55,159 nt of DNA. Origin: Terrimicrobiaceae bacterium (lineage in GTDB: Bacteria > Verrucomicrobiota > Verrucomicrobiia > Chthoniobacterales > Terrimicrobiaceae). Under the pieces are notes generated by a model. The model had not been told where the DNA came from, did not search any database, and was given only the letters and a program-made list of their open reading frames with translations. The number at the start of each line of letters is the position of its first letter. Positions within the stretch are counted from its first letter, which is position 1. Shown piece by piece: positions 49,697 through 55,159 of the stretch. The stretch covers positions 1-55,159 of the forward strand of contig JBGSVZ010000081.1 of the NCBI GenBank assembly GCA_041752695.1, in the 5' to 3' direction. The translations under genes and the position numbers were made by a program.

Positions 49697-51403
49697 TTAT
49701 TCGTCGAGTACTTCGAGTTCCGCGCTGGTGACCCGCAGCACTTCCTCGATCGAGGTGACACCGGCCGCAACTTTGCGCCAGCCGTCGCGGCGCAGGGGGA
49801 CCATGCCTTCGCGCAGGGCCATGTCGCGCAGTTCGGTGCCACCGGCGCGTTTTTGCACGAGTTCCTGTAGGCGCTGCGTGACGAGGCAAATCTCAAAGAG
49901 GGCTCCGCGTCCGGCGTATCCGGTCTGGCGGCAATGTTCGCAGCCGACGGCGCGGCGGATCTGTCCGGCTAACTCCATCGGAAACCCCATCGTGGCCAAT
50001 TCGGTGGCATCGTAGGTTGCGGGCTGCGAGCATTGCGGACAAAGCCGCCGCACGAGGCGCTGGGCGATGAAGGCGCGAACCGTTGATCCGACCAGGAACG
50101 GCTCGATGTTCATGTCGAGCAGTCGCGTGATGCCGCCGACGGCGTCGTTGGTGTGCAGTGTGCTGAAAACCAGGTGTCCGGTGAGGGCGGCGCGGATGGC
50201 GATTTCGGCCGTTTCCGCGTCGCGCATTTCTCCCACCATGATGACGTTGGGATCGCCGCGCAGGATGCTGCGGAGGGCGTTGGCGAAGGTGAGGGAAATC
50301 TCCGGTTTCACCGCAATCTGCATGATGCCGTCGAGCTTGTGTTCGACCGGATCCTCGATGGTGACGATCCGGCGTTCGGTCACGTTGAGGCAGCTCATGA
50401 ACGTGTAGAGGGTCGTGCTTTTTCCGCAGCCGGTCGGGCCCGTGACCAGCACGATGCCATTGGGCATGGCGATGAGCGAACGGATGGCGGCCTCCGCGGC
50501 GGGGTCGAGTCCGAGGCGTTGAATGTCGAAACGTTCCTGGCCGAGCAATCGCATGCTGAAATTTTCCCCATACACGCAGGGGATGGTGGCCACGCGCACG
50601 TCGATCTGCTGGCCGTTGTGTTCGAGGGCGATGCGTCCGTCCTGGGGCAGGCGTTTTTCGGCGATGTCGAGGCCGGCCATGATTTTCAGCCGCGAGATGA
50701 CGGAATCCTGCAGCATCTTGATCCGCGTGGGAACGGGGGTTTCGTGGAGCACGCCGTCGATGCGGTAGCGAATGCGCAGGTTCTGGCCGAGGGGCTCGAA
50801 ATGGATGTCGGTCGCCTTTTGGTCCAAGCCTTCGCGGAGGATTTGATTGACGAATTTCATCACCGAAGCCTCGGGATCTTCGTCGTCGAGGACATTGACT
50901 TCCTCGGCGGCGGAGACGGATTGGGACGGGTCGCGGTCCTCCAGCAATTCGTCAAAGGTGACCGCCCCCACGCCGTAAGTGGATTTGAGCAATTCGGCCA
51001 GCCGGCGGCGGGTGGTGAGAGCGAACCGGATTTCGCCCGGCCAGTGACGGGTGAGGGCCTGCCAGGCGCCATGATCCAGAGGGTCAAACCCGACGACGCG
51101 CATCTCGCCTTCCGTTTCCGGAACTTCGGGTAGGAGGCTGTGGCCGAGGGCGAGACGGGCGGGGAACTTTTCTCGCGCATCCTCCATCGGGCGGAGGGCG
51201 GTTTCCTCGCGCCACTCGAGGTCAAAAGACTCGGCGAGGCCACGCAGGAAGTCGGCTTCGGACACAAAATGGCCATCCAGCACGGCCGCCACCGGGGATT
51301 GTTGGGCGGCCAGCGCCAGGGAAATCGCTTCGCGGCAGCGCGGCAGGTTGTCACACCCGGAGCGGCTCGCGAGATCGACCAGACCGTCAGTCAGATTTGT
51401 CAT
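49697..51403 (-). CDS. gspE: Type II secretion ATPase E (GspE/PulE family)
   Basis: ATDIHFEP, RLPQDGR, Walker A GPTGCGKST, TIEDPVE, MVGEMRD, TGHLVFSTLHTN, and CPQC/CEHC zinc motif. Confidence 0.96.
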   Translation of the reverse strand: MTNLTDGLVDLASRSGCDNLPRCREAISLALAAQQSPVAAVLDGHFVSEADFLRGLAESFDLEWREETALRPMEDAREKFPARLALGHSLLPEVPETEGEMRVVGFDPLDHGAWQALTRHWPGEIRFALTTRRRLAELLKSTYGVGAVTFDELLEDRDPSQSVSAAEEVNVLDDEDPEASVMKFVNQILREGLDQKATDIHFEPLGQNLRIRYRIDGVLHETPVPTRIKMLQDSVISRLKIMAGLDIAEKRLPQDGRIALEHNGQQIDVRVATIPCVYGENFSMRLLGQERFDIQRLGLDPAAEAAIRSLIAMPNGIVLVTGPTGCGKSTTLYTFMSCLNVTERRIVTIEDPVEHKLDGIMQIAVKPEISLTFANALRSILRGDPNVIMVGEMRDAETAEIAIRAALTGHLVFSTLHTNDAVGGITRLLDMNIEPFLVGSTVRAFIAQRLVRRLCPQCSQPATYDATELATMGFPMELAGQIRRAVGCEHCRQTGYAGRGALFEICLVTQRLQELVQKRAGGTELRDMALREGMVPLRRDGWRKVAAGVTSIEEVLRVTSAELEVLDE

Positions 51404-53678
51404 TCTTCTGAAAAAACGGAAACCAGCTCTTCTTGCGGGGAGTGGGCGTCGGCCAGATGACGGGCCCGGGCGGACGGCGAATCACGTCGGGAACCGGTGC
51501 GGTCTGAGCCATGCCGTCGGTGCCGAGAGGGGTGCGGTCGGACTCTTTGGCGCTGGCTTTCATCATCTCAGCGTTGTCGTCCACCACCACCGGTTGGATC
51601 ATGACAATAAGCTCGCGCCGTTCCTTTTCTTTATTGGTGCTGCCGCCGAGCAAAGTGCCGAGCACGGGGATGCGCGAAACGTACGGGATGCCTTCCTTGT
51701 TGGATTCGGTGTCCTCACTGATCAGGCCGCCCAGCACGATGGTGGCTCCGTTGGGCACGCGCACGCTGGTGGTGATTTTTTGCGTGGCAATGCGGGGCAC
51801 CTGATTGCCGGAAATGGTGTCGGAGCCGATGATATTATCATTGGTCTGGGCGATGACCAGATTGACCTCACGGTCCGAGTTGATCAGCGGCAGCACCTCG
51901 AGCTTCAGCACGACGTCCTGGTATTGGATGTTGGACGTGATGGCGGCGTTGTCCCCGATCACGTTGTTGCCGGTGGCCTGGGTGAGGGTGGAGGTGGGGA
52001 CGGGGACACGCTGACCGGAGAGGATGGTCGCCTTGCGGTTGTTCGTGGTGTAGACGACCGGCCGCGAGAGGGTGCGAAAGCGATTGGAGGTTTCCAGAAA
52101 ACGCGCGAAGACATCCACCGACTCCGCGATGGTGCCGTAGATGGTGAGGCCGGATAGGGTGGCGAACGTCTCGGGCGAAACGAGTTTCGAGGGATCGGGC
52201 AGGACATCAACCCCGGGGAAAAGCCGCGGGCTCAGGACGGCCGCCGCGCCGCCATTCGAATTGGAACTCGAACTGCCGAGGGGGTTGAAATTTTGATATT
52301 TGACCAGATAGCTGACGCCGTAGTCGAGGCCGTCGCCGACGCGGAGCTGTCCGATGACCACCGCGAGATAGACCTGCTTGGGCCGCCGATCGAGGAGGCC
52401 GAGAATCTGGCGGGCACGTTCCTTGGCCTCGGGCGGGCCGTACACGATGATGGAGTTTTCGCTGTTGTCCGCAATGATGCGAATCTCCCCGAGCGAAACC
52501 GAAAGCGGGGCACTTTGCAGGGCGGAATCTGAAAGGCTGTCGGGGCGGTCGAGGGAGCCGCTGCCGCCGGAGCCACCCAGACCGTTGCTGTTATTGTTCC
52601 CAAAGTTCCCGGAACTGGAGTTGTTCTGCGGTTGCTGCGTATTGGGCTGATTGCCCGTGCTCGTGGGGACCTGCGTTTCATCATCGCGCTCCTTGAGCAT
52701 GTCGGCCAGCACGGGAAAAACATCGGCCACTGGCATGTAATTGAGCTGCTGGACGTAGGGCTCTTCGAACCCGCCCGCCGCATCAAGCTGGCTGATGACA
52801 TCCCGCACGTAGCGGTAACTTTCCCGGCGGGCGACCACGAGGATCCGGTTCGTGCGTTTGTCGGCCAGAAAACGGGCGCGGCCCGCGATGAGGCGGTTTT
52901 CAAATTGGGCGGGTGCTTCGGAGGCCACGGCACCCTCCGGCGGGGGCGGGACGTTGGCGGGAGGGGCGGCGGTGCTTTTGATGGTTTTTTCCTCGTCGCC
53001 AAACATCTCGTCGAGGATCTCCACGACCTTGGTCGCGTTGGCCCGCTTGAGGGTGATAAACTCCGTAACGACCTGGGCGGGCTGGAGGTCGATGAGTTCG
53101 ATCAAGGCCAGAGCTTTGCGAATGACCGGCGTTTTGTCGGTGATGACGATCGCGTTGGCGTTGGGCACCGGAACAAGGGATCCGTAGGAGTTAATTTGAA
53201 TCACGCCCTGGATGACGGGCAACGCCTCCTCCGGGGTGATAAACCGCAGAGGCTTAAAAAAGATGGCCAACTGATCGCCATTGGCGGGCAGATTGGCTTC
53301 GTTGGTATAAAGCGGCAGGCCTTCCGTGCGTGGAGGGCGGCTTGGTCCGAGAATCTTGACCGTACCATCCCCCGAGGGAATGAGGCTGTAGCCATTGAGC
53401 AGAAGGGAACTCTCGATCAGGCTGATGGCCTCCGATTTCGAAACCAACTCAGCGACCATGATGGACAGATCCGGGCCCGCGAGGTTGGAGTCGCGGATGA
53501 TCCGTTTTCCCGTGAGGGACTCGTACAAGGACAAAACCTCAAAAACCGAGGTGCGTGGGTAGTTGATGCTGACCGAACGTTCATTGGCCGCCGGAACAGC
53601 AGGCGGAGGGACCGCCTGGGCGAGCAGGAGCCCGGGAACGAACAGAAGACAGAAGCCGAAGCGGCGGGGAGTGGTCAT
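51387..53678 (-). CDS. gspD: Type II secretion secretin D
   Basis: N0 domain (LYESLTGKRII.D), Secretin_N repeats (ADKRTNRILV, ADNSENSIIVYG), and secretin core (NGATIVLGGLI, GIPYVSRIPVLG.LLG). Confidence 0.93.
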   Translation of the reverse strand: MTTPRRFGFCLLFVPGLLLAQAVPPPAVPAANERSVSINYPRTSVFEVLSLYESLTGKRIIRDSNLAGPDLSIMVAELVSKSEAISLIESSLLLNGYSLIPSGDGTVKILGPSRPPRTEGLPLYTNEANLPANGDQLAIFFKPLRFITPEEALPVIQGVIQINSYGSLVPVPNANAIVITDKTPVIRKALALIELIDLQPAQVVTEFITLKRANATKVVEILDEMFGDEEKTIKSTAAPPANVPPPPEGAVASEAPAQFENRLIAGRARFLADKRTNRILVVARRESYRYVRDVISQLDAAGGFEEPYVQQLNYMPVADVFPVLADMLKERDDETQVPTSTGNQPNTQQPQNNSSSGNFGNNNSNGLGGSGGSGSLDRPDSLSDSALQSAPLSVSLGEIRIIADNSENSIIVYGPPEAKERARQILGLLDRRPKQVYLAVVIGQLRVGDGLDYGVSYLVKYQNFNPLGSSSSNSNGGAAAVLSPRLFPGVDVLPDPSKLVSPETFATLSGLTIYGTIAESVDVFARFLETSNRFRTLSRPVVYTTNNRKATILSGQRVPVPTSTLTQATGNNVIGDNAAITSNIQYQDVVLKLEVLPLINSDREVNLVIAQTNDNIIGSDTISGNQVPRIATQKITTSVRVPNGATIVLGGLISEDTESNKEGIPYVSRIPVLGTLLGGSTNKEKERRELIVMIQPVVVDDNAEMMKASAKESDRTPLGTDGMAQTAPVPDVIRRPPGPVIWPTPTPRKKSWFPFFQKNDKSD

Positions 53679-54274
53679 GGCGATGGCGCGGAAGTTCCAG
53701 AGATGATGGTGCGGCGAATGACCCGCCGGGAGATGGGGGGGGTGGCACCCGGCTTCGCGCCTGGGGTGGTGGCCGAGGGAATCATGCCGAATTGCGGGAT
53801 CACGTTTTGATTGGGCGTCCGGCCATTGTTGTCCGGCATCCCGTTGGGCGGAAGGGCGGTCGGGTTCTGCGGAGCCTGCACGACACTCTCCTGGAAGGTG
53901 ACCGTGGCGGTTTGTTCTCCGAGGCGGATGGTGGCCCGCATTTTGCGGGGGTCGGGGTCGGGCAGATATTCGACCAGGCGAAGGCCGAGTTTGTTCGGCT
54001 CGATGGTGACTTTTTCGCGAACCTGGGTGTTTTTATCGACCACAAAAACAACCTGCTCTCCATCAAGGGCATAGGCGCCGGTGAGGGCAAACCGTTCGGC
54101 GAGCGGGGAACTTTCCTCCGCGGTGGGGAGAGTGAAGGGCGAGCGGTTCAGCAAACCCGAAAACTGGTCCATCGTCCGCGGTTGGGTCCACGGGGCCTCC
54201 GCCGCCGGGAGCGCGGAACAAAATCCGCCCCAGGCGGGCAAAAGCGCAAAAAAGCAAAACCGTGGCAGAGTCAT
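53675..54274 (-). CDS. T2SS-associated hypothetical protein (GspC/N-like position)
   Basis: Coupled overlaps with both neighbours, signal or anchor N-terminus, RSPF..P motif and Pro-rich tail. Confidence 0.65.
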   Translation of the reverse strand: MTLPRFCFFALLPAWGGFCSALPAAEAPWTQPRTMDQFSGLLNRSPFTLPTAEESSPLAERFALTGAYALDGEQVVFVVDKNTQVREKVTIEPNKLGLRLVEYLPDPDPRKMRATIRLGEQTATVTFQESVVQAPQNPTALPPNGMPDNNGRTPNQNVIPQFGMIPSATTPGAKPGATPPISRRVIRRTIISGTSAPSP

Positions 54275-54822
54275 GATTCAGGTGGGGCCGCAGAGCGACC
54301 GGGTTCGGTAAAATACTGCCGAATTTGCATTTCCACCAGCGCGTTGGGAGGGGTGGCGTCACTTTTTATGCTCATTTTGTTCACCGCCCGCCAGGCGCCG
54401 GGTTTTTGCAGGGCATATAAAAAATGGACGATACTGGAAAAACTGCCCGAGAGCTTGAGTTGGAGGGTGGTGCTGGGGTAGGCGAGGGTTCCCTCGGAGG
54501 GCAGGAGGGCTTCCTCGGTGACAACCAGTCCCTGAGCCTCGGCGGCCTCGCGGACGGTTCGGAGGAGCAGGGTGCTGGCCTGGTCGGACGCGAGGGCGGG
54601 CGGCGGGTTGCCTGCGATCCACTCTTTGGCCGAGTCGAAGTCGGACGCGGCCGCGATCCAGCTTCGATCCTCCGCGACCTGGTTTTTTAAGGTGGTGATC
54701 TCCCGCAGCAGTCCGGCGCGGGAGGTCATCCAGAGCTTGGCGGCCAGCAGGTTGGCGGCCAGAAAGACGGCGGCGCTGAAAAAGATCAGCAGGCGAAATT
54801 CACTCTGTGAGAGTTTGCGCAT
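54271..54822 (-). CDS. T2SS GspM/PilO-like protein
   Basis: True start MRKLSQSEFRLL (ATG at 54822), followed by a TM helix, coiled coil and LKLSGSFSSIVHFLYALQ ferredoxin-like motif. Confidence 0.75.
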   Translation of the reverse strand: MRKLSQSEFRLLIFFSAAVFLAANLLAAKLWMTSRAGLLREITTLKNQVAEDRSWIAAASDFDSAKEWIAGNPPPALASDQASTLLLRTVREAAEAQGLVVTEEALLPSEGTLAYPSTTLQLKLSGSFSSIVHFLYALQKPGAWRAVNKMSIKSDATPPNALVEMQIRQYFTEPGRSAAPPES

Positions 54823-55159
54823 TGGGCTGGCTCCCTTCCATGGTGAAACGGACGTTTTGTTTTCCGGCGAGTTCGGGCTGACTGGAGGTCCAGTCAAACT
54901 CCGCCAAGGCCGGCGCCGTTTTGGTTTTTTCGATAAAAGCGTAAGCCTGGGACACGTCGCGGGCTTCCCCTGCGAGGGAAAGCCGGCCGGGTTCCAGGGA
55001 AAAGAGGGTGAGTCGCACCTGATCGCCGGGCAACTGGGCGGCCACGGCGGCGACGAGGTCCAGCGCGAAGACGCCCGGATCCACCGCGTGGCGAATCTCC
55101 CGCCAGCGGGTGATTTCCTCGCGCGCACTCGACGCCGCGGGGGCCAGGGTTGCCGCCTC
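54800..55159 (-). CDS. T2SS GspL/PilN-like protein, C-terminal part (5' end outside window)
   Basis: Frame is open to the window edge. LP..VRLT.FSLE..RLSLAGEA...AY.F is a PilN-like pattern. Confidence 0.7.
   Translation of the reverse strand, partial: EAATLAPAASSAREEITRWREIRHAVDPGVFALDLVAAVAAQLPGDQVRLTLFSLEPGRLSLAGEARDVSQAYAFIEKTKTAPALAEFDWTSSQPELAGKQNVRFTMEGSQPNAQTLTE

Overview
GC-rich bacterial DNA. The prepilin-type gene, DUF1800/DUF1501 pair, T2SS architecture and LacI subtype suggest Verrucomicrobia (inference). Family assignments are from motif recognition; no database searches were run. The window has four blocks. (1) 1-9253: a glycan/glycoside catabolic cluster with an unknown secreted-type enzyme, a large (alpha/alpha)6 glycoside hydrolase with LamG, a cytochrome P450, an SDR, a Gfo/Idh/MocA oxidoreductase and a LacI regulator. 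(2) 9300-18000: a decayed, IS-scarred zone with IS256, IS1380 and IS4 remnants, truncated LacI, GH99-like and pilin genes, a GH39-like/FG-GAP gene split at a G9 tract, and an intact GH10 xylanase. (3) 18350-37380: an anti-phage defence island. It carries a Shango-like TerB/ATPase/Lhr-helicase operon whose SngA appears to have an Mrr-type N-terminal domain in place of TerB_N, a YeeR-like nuclease-motif/glycine-zipper gene, a convergent Avs3a/Avs3b (AVAST type 3) pair, a DUF5131 gene and small phage-like ORFs. It ends at a tRNA 3'-end fragment, probably an att site. (4) 37900-55159: probable core chromosome with an S8 peptidase, a DUF1800-DUF1501 operon, a large beta-propeller surface protein and a type II secretion operon (gspF, E, D and accessory genes). 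Three exported proteins here share a DxDGD..N..E / S-(D)L..W / F-x-R-[VI] module. The best candidates for undescribed biology are the chimeric Shango variant with its YeeR-like fourth gene, the P450-containing sugar pathway, and the shared module next to the T2SS.
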